Origin: Candidatus Micrarchaeota archaeon
GTDB taxonomy: Archaea > Micrarchaeota > Micrarchaeia > Micrarchaeales > Micrarchaeaceae
Assembly: GCA_964398805.1 (NCBI GenBank)
Contig: CAYNNI010000043.1
Coordinates: 1 to 34,153 of the forward strand
Reading direction: 5' to 3'
Length of the DNA stretch: 34,153 nt
The first letter of the stretch is position 1, and every line of letters begins with the position of its first letter. Position numbers and translations under genes: made by a program. The notes below the pieces were generated by a model, which was given only the letters and a program-made list of their open reading frames with translations, was not told where the DNA came from and did not search any database. Of this stretch, positions 23,336 to 31,623 are shown one piece after another.

Positions 23336-24200
23336 TTGCATCCAGTATCTGCTGCTTTGTCGGATCCGGCTGCATAACCAGCGGTCCCTTGCTAAGCGTC
23401 ATGTTGAGTTCGCTGTATGTGGGCCTCTCCTTGCTGTAGAAAATCCCAATCGGTATCTTTGCCCAGCCGGATCTCTCGGCTTCGAGAGCTTTCCCGAGCG
23501 CGCTGTCAAGATTTGACGGATCATGCCCGGCCTGATCCAGCTTGTAGACCCGCTGCTTGAACCAGTCGTAGGTGTTGAGGTCGTTGAACGGTATGCACGG
23601 GCTAAGCACGTCGACGATCGCGAACCCTTTGTGCGTTATGCCGCCCTTTATCAGCCCCGCCAGGTGCACCGGGTCCCCCGAAAATCCCCGGGCGACGTAA
23701 GACGCGCCCGCGGCAAGGGCCACGCTTATCGGGTTCTCCGGGGTCTCTATCGACCCGAGCGGTGTTGACTTCGTCTTCGCGCCCATCAGGGTCGTGGGCG
23801 ACGCCTGCCCAGTGGTGAGGCCGTAAATCTCGTTGTTTGCCACTATATAGGTCATGTCTATGTTCCTCCGGGCGGTGTGTATTAGATGCCCGACGCCAAT
23901 CCCATAGCCGTCGCCGTCGCCTCCCACGCCTATCACTGTCAAGCTGTCGTTGGCGAGCTTTGCGCCCACCGCCACCGGAAGCAGCCTCCCGTGCAGGCTG
24001 TGTATGCCGTATGTGCTGAACTGATGCGGCATCGCCGAGCTGCAGCCTATTCCGGACACCATCAGGATCTTTTCCTTCTCTATCCTGAGCTCGGACAGCG
24101 CGCTCACGATGCTTGCGTAAGTGCCGTAATTTCCGCAGCCCGGGCACCACACCGGCTTTATCCCGGACGCAAGCATTTTCGCATAATCCTCGGGCATCAC
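23319..24200 (-). CDS. 2-oxoacid:ferredoxin oxidoreductase, beta (TPP-binding) subunit
   Basis: The sequence reads WCPGCGNYG...SGIGCSS...GGDGDGYGIGVGH...NNEIYGLTTGQ. Start is the GTG at 24200 or the ATG at 24197, directly after the alpha-subunit stop. Confidence 0.9.
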   Translation of the reverse strand: MMPEDYAKMLASGIKPVWCPGCGNYGTYASIVSALSELRIEKEKILMVSGIGCSSAMPHQFSTYGIHSLHGRLLPVAVGAKLANDSLTVIGVGGDGDGYGIGVGHLIHTARRNIDMTYIVANNEIYGLTTGQASPTTLMGAKTKSTPLGSIETPENPISVALAAGASYVARGFSGDPVHLAGLIKGGITHKGFAIVDVLSPCIPFNDLNTYDWFKQRVYKLDQAGHDPSNLDSALGKALEAERSGWAKIPIGIFYSKERPTYSELNMTLSKGPLVMQPDPTKQQILDAINEFW

Positions 24201-24201
24201 A

Positions 24202-25932
24202 TCACTTTGTAAGGGCTAGCGCCCTCTCCGCTATCTCTTCCCCGGTGAACGGCTCACCATCATACTTGAGTATGCTGTCGAGCATGCCTATGCCTGTGTT
24301 CGACATTATCACCTGAGCGAGCTGGCCGGTGTAGTTGCACTCGACGTTTATCAGCATCTTGCCTTCCAGCAATGCCCGCGTTCGCTTCTTGTCGATAGGC
24401 ATCAGGTAGCCGAACGACACGACTCCGAAGCTCCTGCCCATGGCCTTCAGTATCTCGCAAGCTTCCAGCGCCGCTTCCGTGGTGGACCCGAAAGTCACGA
24501 AAAAGAAGTTCGCACCCTCGTTGTTGACTTCCGGCACGAACACGCTTTCCCTCTCCAGCATCGTGTCGATCTTACCCATGCGCTTCTCGTGCATCTTTTT
24601 CCTCATGTCTATCGATTCGTCGAGCCCAGCAAGCGCGTCGCTCAGGAGGTCGCCGTACTCGCCATGCTCGTCGCTTGAGGCCACGTGCTCGCGGCCCTTC
24701 GTGCCAGGAAAAGCCCGCGGCGAGATTCCGTCCCCGGACAGCGCATACCTCCTGAACCTCTCCCGCGCCGTGCCTTCGCCCAGCACCTTGCCCCTGTCTA
24801 TCATGACGCCGTCTACGTCAAGGCTGTCGACACTCTCTATGCGCTCCGAAAGGTACTGGTCCATCAGTATTATCACAGGCACCTGGTACCTGTCAGCAAG
24901 GTTGAACGCGTCCGCAGCAATCCTGAAGCACGACTCCACGCTCGAGGGAGCGACCACTATCCTCGGGAATTCGCCCTGCGAGGCGTGCATCGCAAAGAGC
25001 AGGTCCGCCTGCTCGGTCTTGGTGGGAAATCCGGTGCTCGGCCCGGTCCTCTGCGACTCCACGACTACTATGGGCGCCTCTATCATGCCAGCGAGCCCGA
25101 GGCCTTCCACCATGAGCGAGAAGCCGCCGCCGCTCGTGCCGCACATCCCCCTGACGCCTGCGACGGCTGCGCCTATGGTCATGTTTATCGCGGCTATCTC
25201 GTCCTCTGTCTGCTTGTACACAACTCCCATGCTCTCGTGCGCAGCAAACCAGTGCAGCATGCCGCTTGCGGGCGTCATGGGGTAGGCAGCATAGAACTTG
25301 CAGCCCGCAGCGTAAGCGCCAAGGCACAGCGCGACGTTGCCGTCAAGGGCGTATCTCCTTTTGCCGTCTCCTTCCAGGCTGTATGCCTTTCCGACGCCTT
25401 CGAAGGCGTAGCCGCGCGCCGCCGCCTGCACGTTGCAGCTTACCATCTTTTCGTCCTTCTTCTCAAAACGCTTCCTTATAGTGGCTTCCAGCGCCTCGAT
25501 TCCCAGGCCTGCAAACCGCAGAGCCGCGCCGACAGCGACAGTGTTCCTCATTATCGGGTCTCCTCCCACCACAAGCGCAATGTCCGCCAGGGGGATTCTC
25601 ACCAGCCGCAGCCCAGGATCGCCAAGGCTGCCGGCGTCTGTCTTGGACGGGTCGTATATCACGATCGCGTTCTTGCCAAGCCTGCTCCTTTGGTAGGTTA
25701 TTGCATCCTGGTTCAGGGCGATGAGAATGTCTATCTGCTTGCCGTGGCTGCGCAGCTTCGAATCACCGATCCTTACCTGGTACCACACATGCCCACCGCG
25801 CACTATTGACTGGTAGCCGCGATAGCCGAAGGCGCGGAGCCCGTTCTTCGCCGCCACGTCCACAAGCAGCGCTCCGCTGGACTCCACCCCGTCCCCGTTG
25901 GCGCCCGCTATCCTGATCGAGATGCTTGCCAT
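24202..25932 (-). CDS. 2-oxoacid:ferredoxin oxidoreductase, alpha subunit (fused gamma+alpha domains)
   Basis: The sequence MASISIRIAGANGDGVESSG... starts from the ATG at 25932. At ~576 aa it fits the two-subunit Sulfolobus/Aeropyrum-type enzyme. GAYAAGCKFYAAYPMTPAS is the typical alpha-domain start. Confidence 0.88.
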   Translation of the reverse strand: MASISIRIAGANGDGVESSGALLVDVAAKNGLRAFGYRGYQSIVRGGHVWYQVRIGDSKLRSHGKQIDILIALNQDAITYQRSRLGKNAIVIYDPSKTDAGSLGDPGLRLVRIPLADIALVVGGDPIMRNTVAVGAALRFAGLGIEALEATIRKRFEKKDEKMVSCNVQAAARGYAFEGVGKAYSLEGDGKRRYALDGNVALCLGAYAAGCKFYAAYPMTPASGMLHWFAAHESMGVVYKQTEDEIAAINMTIGAAVAGVRGMCGTSGGGFSLMVEGLGLAGMIEAPIVVVESQRTGPSTGFPTKTEQADLLFAMHASQGEFPRIVVAPSSVESCFRIAADAFNLADRYQVPVIILMDQYLSERIESVDSLDVDGVMIDRGKVLGEGTARERFRRYALSGDGISPRAFPGTKGREHVASSDEHGEYGDLLSDALAGLDESIDMRKKMHEKRMGKIDTMLERESVFVPEVNNEGANFFFVTFGSTTEAALEACEILKAMGRSFGVVSFGYLMPIDKKRTRALLEGKMLINVECNYTGQLAQVIMSNTGIGMLDSILKYDGEPFTGEEIAERALALTK

Positions 25933-25984
25933 CAAACGCAGCGCGTGCCAGCTAAGGCACCGCAACAGTATTCTGCCCTCTGCT

Positions 25985-25992
25985 TATTTAAA
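25985..25992 (-). promoter_or_regulatory. Candidate TATA box for the oxidoreductase operon
   Basis: The minus strand reads TTTAAATA, an exact match to the archaeal TTTAWATA consensus. It lies about 55 nt upstream of the alpha-subunit ATG, in the 66-nt divergent spacer shared with maf. Confidence 0.5.
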
Positions 25993-25998
25993 CCATGC

Positions 25999-26667
25999 AT
26001 GCGTGATACCCTTCGGCAAGGTGTTCGCGCGCACATCCCACGTATCGTCTTGGCATCGGCGTCTCCGCGCCGCAGCGCCGTACTGCGCCAGGCGGGCATC
26101 GCCCACATCGCGGTGCCCAGCAGGGTCGACGAGCGCAGCGTGAAGGCCGACGGGCCGCGCTCCTACGCCATGAGGCTCGCCGAGCTCAAGGCAAGCGGGA
26201 TAGCGCCGAGGTTCAGGGACGCAATCGTAATCGGCGCAGACACACTGGTCGTCATGGACGGCAGGATATTCGGCAAGCCAAAGGACAATGCCGATGCAAG
26301 AAGGATGCTGCGCTCGCTTAACGGAAGGACGCACTCGGTGATAACCGGCATATGCGTGATTGATTGCATGTCCGGGATGATAGTCGTCAGGTCTGCAGAA
26401 ACCCTGGTAACGTTCAGGAAGCTCAGCGCGAGCGCGATCGAGGCTTATGTCTCCAGCGGCGAGCCGCTAGGCAAGGCCGGGGCTTATGCGATACAGGAGA
26501 AGGGGGCGTCCCTTATCGCGCGCATAAACGGTGACTTCTACAACGTGGTCGGGCTGCCCCTTCCCACGCTCCTCGGAATGCTCGAGAAGCTGCGCACGCG
26601 GCAATCTCGCGCTACAGTAGCGCGAAAAGCAGCATCCCGACGATTCCCCCGAACACTCCACACATGA
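25999..26667 (+). CDS. maf: Maf-family nucleoside triphosphate pyrophosphatase
   Basis: The sequence reads IVLASASPRRSAVLRQAGI...VIGADTLVVMDGRIFGKPKD...A..ML..L.GRTH.V.TG...GKAGAYAIQ. It starts from the ATG at 25999. The tail overlaps the convergent DUF92 gene. Confidence 0.88.
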   Translation: MRDTLRQGVRAHIPRIVLASASPRRSAVLRQAGIAHIAVPSRVDERSVKADGPRSYAMRLAELKASGIAPRFRDAIVIGADTLVVMDGRIFGKPKDNADARRMLRSLNGRTHSVITGICVIDCMSGMIVVRSAETLVTFRKLSASAIEAYVSSGEPLGKAGAYAIQEKGASLIARINGDFYNVVGLPLPTLLGMLEKLRTRQSRATVARKAASRRFPRTLHT

Positions 26668-27313
26668 AGTTCGTGGTGTATTTGTTGCCCACTCCCTTCT
26701 CCTCATAGTAGCCGAACACAGAGTCTATCACGCTGCCAGCCATTCCCCCAGCGACAACGCTTAGGACCGCAGTCTCGGCAATCCCTGCCTGCGCTCCGTA
26801 CGCAGCCTGGAGTTCGGGCACGGCTATTATGAGCAGCAGCGCTATCAGGAGGCTGCCCAGGACGCCGGCTCCCAGTCCAAGCATGGTCAGCGCGCCGGAA
26901 GTTCCCCTCCTGACTTTCCGGAATCCGAAAATCAGCCTCGGAAGTCCGTCAAATATACCTATCTCGCTCTCGAACTTGTCCGCTGTTATTGCGGCAACGC
27001 TGGAAACGTAGCCCACTACGGATAGGGCAGCCAAACGTGGCGTTCCGCTAGCCGCGAAAAGGAAGAATACCGCAGCCATCATGAGCGGCGGGATTCCGTT
27101 CGCAAGGACGTTCCTGACCCCCCGCTGGCAGTTGCCTCCAAGAAGCCGCCTCTTGTAGCTGCTGCCCGCATGAGTCACGACCGCGGAGAGAACCAGGAAT
27201 ACTAGCATCGTAAACAGGAAGAAGTAGCCGGTGCCCTGGCCCAGGAAAAGGAGCGCGGCGCCTATCGCAAGCGCCAGCGCTATGCCTTTTATGTCGAGGG
27301 TCAAGAATTCCAT
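26612..27313 (-). CDS. DUF92/TMEM19-family integral membrane protein
   Basis: The 233-aa polytopic ORF reads RGVRNVLANG...ITADKFESEIG...RRGTSGALTMLG. This matches the family pattern (R...QVlANG...aDTwaSEiG...pG..G.vs..G). Confidence 0.7.
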   Translation of the reverse strand: MEFLTLDIKGIALALAIGAALLFLGQGTGYFFLFTMLVFLVLSAVVTHAGSSYKRRLLGGNCQRGVRNVLANGIPPLMMAAVFFLFAASGTPRLAALSVVGYVSSVAAITADKFESEIGIFDGLPRLIFGFRKVRRGTSGALTMLGLGAGVLGSLLIALLLIIAVPELQAAYGAQAGIAETAVLSVVAGGMAGSVIDSVFGYYEEKGVGNKYTTNFMCGVFGGIVGMLLFALL

Positions 27314-27492
27314 GTGATTCCATCTTTATGATATACTTCCACTATTGAGAAAGGCTTTTAAGCTTGCTTTTTTATGTATAGCTACGGGTTCTCTACTGTA
27401 GGAAGGTCGTGAAGAACTGGTCGCCTTGCCAGCGCGCTTTCGGGCTCGCTGGCACTCTTCCTTTAGCTTGCTTATTCTCTATTTCGAAAGCT

Positions 27493-27500
27493 TTTATACC
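27493..27500 (+). promoter_or_regulatory. Candidate TATA box for radA
   Basis: The motif ttttatac is preceded by a purine-rich cgaaag (BRE-like). It lies 31-38 nt upstream of the ATG at 27531. Confidence 0.45.
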
Positions 27501-27530
27501 TATTCTGCGTGTAAGTATTGGCGTGTTCTT

Positions 27531-28481
27531 ATGCCCAAGGATAAGGCGGTAAAAGAGCTGGAGGACCTGCCGGGAATAGGAGAGGCCACGGCAGAGAAGC
27601 TCAGGACAGGAGGCATAGACAGCATAGACAAGGTCGCTGTCATGTCTCCGTACGAGCTGAGCGAGCTCTCCGGGATAAATGCCGAAGCCGCGAAGAAGGC
27701 AGTGGAGGCGGCGAAGGAGGCCACTACCGTCAACTACGAGACCGCAGAGCAGCTTTCGGAGAAGCGGAAGAACATAGGCAAGATCACGACAGGCTCCAAG
27801 GACCTCGATGAGCTCATCGGCGGCGGCATCGAGACCAACGCCATAACCGAGACGTACGGCAAGTTCGCCAGCGGGAAGTCCCAGCTGGGCTTCCAGCTTG
27901 CTGTGAGCGCCCAGCTTCCAAGGGAGAAGGGCGGCCTGGGCGGCAGCGTTCTCTTCGTTGACACGGAAGCCACTTTCAGGCCGGAGCGCATAGAGAGCAT
28001 AGCCAAGGCAGCAGGCCTTGACCCAAAAGAGGCGCTGAAGAATATCCTGGTCATACGCGCCGCCACCACAGAGCAGCAGATCCTGTCCATAGACAGGTCC
28101 GAGAAGCTAATCCAGGAGAAGAACGTCAAGCTCATCATTGTCGACTCGCTCACATCTCTCTTCCGGGCGGAGTACATAGGCAGGAGCGCGCTCGCGGAAA
28201 GGCAGCAGAAGCTCAACCAGCACGTGCACAGGCTCCAGACGCTCGCGGACAAGTACAGCCTGGCGGTGTACATCACCAACCAGGTCATGGACAATCCCGC
28301 GATAATGTTCGGCGACCCGACAACGCCCATAGGCGGCAACGTGATGGCCCACGCCGCGACAACGCGCCTGTACCTTAGGAAGAGCAAGGAGGAGAAGCGC
28401 ATAGTGAGGCTTGTGGATTCGCCGAGCATGCCGGAGGGCGAGTGCATCATAAAGATAACTCCTGAAGGAGTGAAGGATTGA
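27531..28481 (+). CDS. radA: DNA repair and recombination protein RadA
   Basis: The HhH N-domain reads LEDLPGIGEATAEKLRTGGIDS. Walker A is GKFASGKSQ and Walker B is LIIVDSL. Length from the ATG at 27531 is 316 aa. The track start at 27426 (TTG) adds a non-protein-like leader. Confidence 0.93.
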   Translation: MPKDKAVKELEDLPGIGEATAEKLRTGGIDSIDKVAVMSPYELSELSGINAEAAKKAVEAAKEATTVNYETAEQLSEKRKNIGKITTGSKDLDELIGGGIETNAITETYGKFASGKSQLGFQLAVSAQLPREKGGLGGSVLFVDTEATFRPERIESIAKAAGLDPKEALKNILVIRAATTEQQILSIDRSEKLIQEKNVKLIIVDSLTSLFRAEYIGRSALAERQQKLNQHVHRLQTLADKYSLAVYITNQVMDNPAIMFGDPTTPIGGNVMAHAATTRLYLRKSKEEKRIVRLVDSPSMPEGECIIKITPEGVKD

Positions 28482-28529
28482 CCGCCAGCGCTATTGCAGG
28501 CCACTGTCCAGTCTCATTCATGTGATTCC

Positions 28530-29288
28530 ATGCTATACCTAGTCGGAGTCGGGCTTTCCAACGGCGACATAAGCCTCAAGGCGCAGGAAGCCTGCAGGCG
28601 CAGCGAGCTCTTCTTCGAGCGCTACACCTGCGCCATGGAAGCAAGCAGGATAGAGCCACTGGAGAGGCTCTTCGGCAGGAAGATCTTACCCTTGGGCAGG
28701 CACGACCTGGAAGAGGATGCAAAAGTCATCCTTGAACACGCGAAGAAAGGCGACGTGGCAGTTCTGATAGGCGGCGACCCGCTGATCGCAACGACGCACA
28801 AGGCGCTGCTTTCCAGGGCGAAGAAGTTTGGCGTAAGCGTCGGGATAGTGCACGCAGTCTCCGTCTTCAGCGTGGCAATAGGCGAGAGCGGCCTCGACTT
28901 CTACAGGTTCGGCAAGGTCTGCACCCTAGCAGGCTGGAAGGAGCACTACCGCCCTGTGTCCTTCTACGAGACGATTCGGCTAAACATACAGAACAACGAG
29001 CACGCTTTGGTGCTTCTCGACTACGATGCAGGGTTGGAAAGCTCCCTCCCTCTGAGCGACGTGGTGAAGGAGCTGCGGGCAGCGGAAGAGGTGTACAAAT
29101 CAGGGATAATCACGGACAGCACTCCGGTTATGGTGCTCAACAGGCTCTCGCAGGAGGGCGAGCTCAAGGCATTCGTCAAGTTCGGCGAGCTGGAAGCGCT
29201 GAAGATTAATAAAGGGCCGACCGCAATAATAATACCGGCGAAGCTGACGGGCATAGAGGAAGAGACGCTGAAGAGCATATTCAGCTGA
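28530..29288 (+). CDS. dphB: Diphthine synthase (Dph5/DphB)
   Basis: The sequence reads MLYLVGVGLSNGDISLKAQEACRRSELFFERYT...VAVLIGGDPLIATTH...GVSVGIVHAVSVFSVAIGESGLDFYRFG. Confidence 0.9.
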   Translation: MLYLVGVGLSNGDISLKAQEACRRSELFFERYTCAMEASRIEPLERLFGRKILPLGRHDLEEDAKVILEHAKKGDVAVLIGGDPLIATTHKALLSRAKKFGVSVGIVHAVSVFSVAIGESGLDFYRFGKVCTLAGWKEHYRPVSFYETIRLNIQNNEHALVLLDYDAGLESSLPLSDVVKELRAAEEVYKSGIITDSTPVMVLNRLSQEGELKAFVKFGELEALKINKGPTAIIIPAKLTGIEEETLKSIFS

Positions 29289-29292
29289 TGAT

Positions 29293-30459
29293 ATGTCGCT
29301 GATGATAAAATTCGACCCGAAGACTAAGGGCATATACGCCGCGGATCAGTCCACAAAGGACGTGCTGGCAGGCGGCAGCTTCGGCAGCGAAAAGGATGGC
29401 AAGCTCTATCTGGAGCCCGAGGAGGGTCTCTATCTGATGGACGTCAGGAACGCCGTGTGCGCCTCTGCCAAGGACGGCGCCCCCCTAACGTTCAACACTA
29501 TTGCCCAGGAGTTCAGCTCCGGCAGGAAGTTCATGGCGCGCTATTTCACGTACAAAGACTGGCGCGACCGCGGGCTCATAATCAAGCGCCCAGGCAACAT
29601 CAAGGCAAGCGGCGCCGCGCAGCAGGCGAAGAGCTACCACGCCTCGAAGCTCAAGCTCAGGGACTACGCGCTTGAGGGCGTCTTCTTCCCCGCAGACCTT
29701 ATGACGATAATAGACGACGAGGAGAAGGGGCGCCAGATATATGAGGAGCACTGGTTCGGCCAGTACGGCACATACAAGACCAGCGACCACGGCGTCCTGA
29801 ACAAGCTAGACGCCTACGAGACGCTGTTCCTGATCGACGCAGGAGTTCTGCACGTCACGAACTTCAGCCGCAAGGAAATTGCCGATTTCGCAAGCAAGAG
29901 GCGCGCCGACTTCCAGAAGCTCTATGACGTTTACAGCGACTGGCGCAAGCGAGATTACGTAATAAAGACAGGATTCAAGTTCGGCACGCATTTCAGGATA
30001 TACTTTCCCGGGGCGCAGCCGATCAAGACCGACGAGAGCTGGATACACTCTCGCCACGTGATACACGTCTTCCCGCGCGATGCCAAGCTGCTCATCTCGG
30101 AATGGGCGCGTGCCATAAGAGTGGCGCACTCCGTCAGAAAGACCTTCATACTCGCGATACCGGGCAAGAGCAGGAAGAAGCGCCTCGCCATAGACTACGT
30201 CTTATATCACAGGAAGGGCAACGGCATAGAGACTCCTGCCACTGGAAGGCCGAGCTTCGCCATGCTCTCGATAAGCGAGGAGGAGTATCTAGGAGGCAGC
30301 GAGCTCTCCGCGATAATAAGCGAGGCCAACAGCCACAGGCTCGAGCTCATCATCGCGATTGCCGACAGGGAGACTGCGGTGACCTACTACAGGGTCAGGA
30401 GGATAGAGCTCCAAGGCAGCGACTATGAGTATTACGAGATAGATTGGATGCAGCCATGA
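29293..30459 (+). CDS. endA: tRNA-splicing endonuclease EndA, enlarged three-unit-like (epsilon2-type-like) single polypeptide
   Basis: The ORF is 388 aa.
- Residues ~1-105: EndA N-domain plus YFTYKDWRDRGLIIKRPG.
- Residues ~125-305: a complete catalytic unit (YDVYSDWRKRDYVIKTGFKFGTHFRIYFPG...HSRHVIHVF...RVAHSVRKTFILAI) with the Tyr/His/Lys triad.
- Residues ~310-388: an extra C-terminal EndA-like subdomain ending ...AVTYYRVRRIEL...YEYYEIDWMQP. Confidence 0.85.
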   Translation: MSLMIKFDPKTKGIYAADQSTKDVLAGGSFGSEKDGKLYLEPEEGLYLMDVRNAVCASAKDGAPLTFNTIAQEFSSGRKFMARYFTYKDWRDRGLIIKRPGNIKASGAAQQAKSYHASKLKLRDYALEGVFFPADLMTIIDDEEKGRQIYEEHWFGQYGTYKTSDHGVLNKLDAYETLFLIDAGVLHVTNFSRKEIADFASKRRADFQKLYDVYSDWRKRDYVIKTGFKFGTHFRIYFPGAQPIKTDESWIHSRHVIHVFPRDAKLLISEWARAIRVAHSVRKTFILAIPGKSRKKRLAIDYVLYHRKGNGIETPATGRPSFAMLSISEEEYLGGSELSAIISEANSHRLELIIAIADRETAVTYYRVRRIELQGSDYEYYEIDWMQP

Positions 30460-30758
30460 CCGGGACTCTGTACCTGATTGTGCACGGAAACGTCCAGGGA
30501 GTGGGCTACAGGCACTTTGTAAGCAGGGCAGCCAGAAGGCTCGGCCTCGCGGGTTTCGTGCGGAACGAAAGCGACGGCAGCGTCGCCGTGCTTGCCGAAG
30601 GCGATGCGGAGACGCTGGATGCCTTTGTCAAGGAGATCGATGTCGACTTCTCGAACGGCCCTAGTGTCGTCAACATTGAGCGCCGCGGAGAGGATTCCGA
30701 CAAGTTTCCCGCCGAGCTGAAGGGCAGGAAGTTCTCAGAGTTCGCAGTTATTGGATGA
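30444..30758 (+). CDS. acyP: Acylphosphatase
   Basis: The sequence reads LIVHGNVQGVGYRHFVSRAARRLGLAGFVRNESDGSVAVLAEGDAETLDAFVKEI. Start is 30444 or the MTGT Met at 30456. It overlaps the endA end. Confidence 0.88.
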   Translation: MDAAMTGTLYLIVHGNVQGVGYRHFVSRAARRLGLAGFVRNESDGSVAVLAEGDAETLDAFVKEIDVDFSNGPSVVNIERRGEDSDKFPAELKGRKFSEFAVIG

Positions 30759-30759
30759 G

Positions 30760-30865
30760 CGGGCCCAGGGGGATTTCCATGACTCTAGCTAGGTGCTAGA
30801 GTTATTTCGGACCCCCGACCTACTGGTTAAGAGCCAGCCGCTCTACCATCCTGAGCTATGGACCC
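30760..30865 (-). tRNA. tRNA-Lys (anticodon CUU) with a 32-nt intron inside the T-loop (about 59/60)
   Basis: The reverse complement folds as GGGTCCA TA GCTC AGGATGGTA GAGC G GCTGG CTCTTAA CCAGT AGGTC GGGGG TCCGAA[32-nt intron]T CCCCC TGGGCCC G. The intron spans about 30774-30805 and contains a perfect 8-bp hairpin ACTCTAGC-ACCTA-GCTAGAGT. Its 3' GGA pairs with T-loop TCC, leaving a 3-nt AAT bulge next to the T-stem. The spliced length is 74 nt. Confidence 0.75.
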
Positions 30866-30887
30866 TGCTTAGGTTATTGCGCCCACT

Positions 30888-30900
30888 ATTAATATATTTT
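30888..30900 (-). promoter_or_regulatory. Candidate TATA box for tRNA-Lys
   Basis: The minus strand reads AAAATATATTAAT, centred about 28 nt upstream of the tRNA 5' end at 30865. This is the same spacing seen for tRNA-Ile. Confidence 0.5.
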
Positions 30901-30925
30901 GTGCCGTGCCTGCCGCCACGGCAGA

Positions 30926-31528
30926 ATGCCTTTAATAAGTGGCGTGCTCCTGATTCCCATGGGACGGGCGCTGAAGCTTCTGAACGTCATTTTCGCCATG
31001 TTCCTTTTCGCATCCGGATTGGTAGCGCCGATCTACGCGAGATTCGTCGGAGGGATCGGCGTCGACTTTATCACCACGGGCATCGCTTACAGTATATTCG
31101 CGATGGCCTCGGGCATCTTGATGCTCGTCATTAGCAAGCGGGAGGACCGCGCCAAACACAAGGAGAAGGTTATGGCATTCGGGTATGGCCTCAGCTTCGT
31201 GGGCTACATCGGCTACACGTTCGTGCGCGCCCCAATCCATCTCTTCGTCCTGGAGCTGTTCTTCGGAATCGCGAGCGCGATGGAGACCCCGGCATTCGAT
31301 CCCATCTACTCATCCAACCTGAGCACCGGGAAGTTCGCATCCGAATGGGGCCTGTGAGAGTCCGTAACCCTGATAGTCGCCGGAATCTCGTCGTTTGCAG
31401 GAGGCATGGTGGCGGAGCTCTTCGGTTTCGGCGCGCTTTTCATAATCATGTCGGCATTCGCCTTCCTTGGCTTTGCTACGTCTGTACTGCTGTGGCTGGA
31501 TAAGTTCAGGGTGCACCCGGGCAGCTAG
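30926..31528 (+). pseudogene. C-terminal half (about 6 TM) of an MFS-type transporter with an in-frame TGA
   Basis: The ORF MPLISGVLLIPMGRALKLLNVIFAMFLFASG...KFASEWGL stops at the TGA at 31355-31357. The same frame then continues ESVTLIVAGISSFAGGMVAELFGFGALFIIMSAFAFLGFATSVLLWL...-TAG (31526-31528). TGA sits where a Trp (TGG) would fit. There is no N-terminal six-helix half. Ile codons here are mostly ATC, whereas neighbouring genes are ATA-rich. Confidence 0.6.
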
Positions 31529-31623
31529 CGCCTAGGCGGAATGCGCGGCGCTCAAAACAAAATCTTAGCCAAGAGTCCAACACCAAAGCAACGCGTAAGT
31601 ATCTCAAAGCCCATAAGTATTAT

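Noticed and set aside
24685-25809. A 374-aa plus-strand ORF, plus a 281-aa ORF at 24440-25285, opposite the oxidoreductase alpha subunit.
   Set aside because: Both lie entirely within a well-supported minus-strand gene. Their composition is Arg/His- or Ser/Pro-rich nonsense with no recognisable domain.
27734-28504. A 256-aa minus-strand ORF opposite radA.
   Set aside because: It is antisense to RadA, which has clear Walker motifs. The sequence is a Ser/Met-rich shadow ORF.
31355-31357. TGA read as Trp or another sense codon (alternative genetic code or selenocysteine) in the MFS fragment. The same question applies to TAG read-through at 11005-11007 in the LamG remnant.
   Set aside because: TGA cleanly terminates PCNA, Rpp21, RadA, EndA and several ribosomal protein genes at their expected lengths. 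TAG terminates the DJ-1-like, M24 and oxidoreductase beta genes. No SECIS-like element is evident. Pseudogenisation is the simpler reading.
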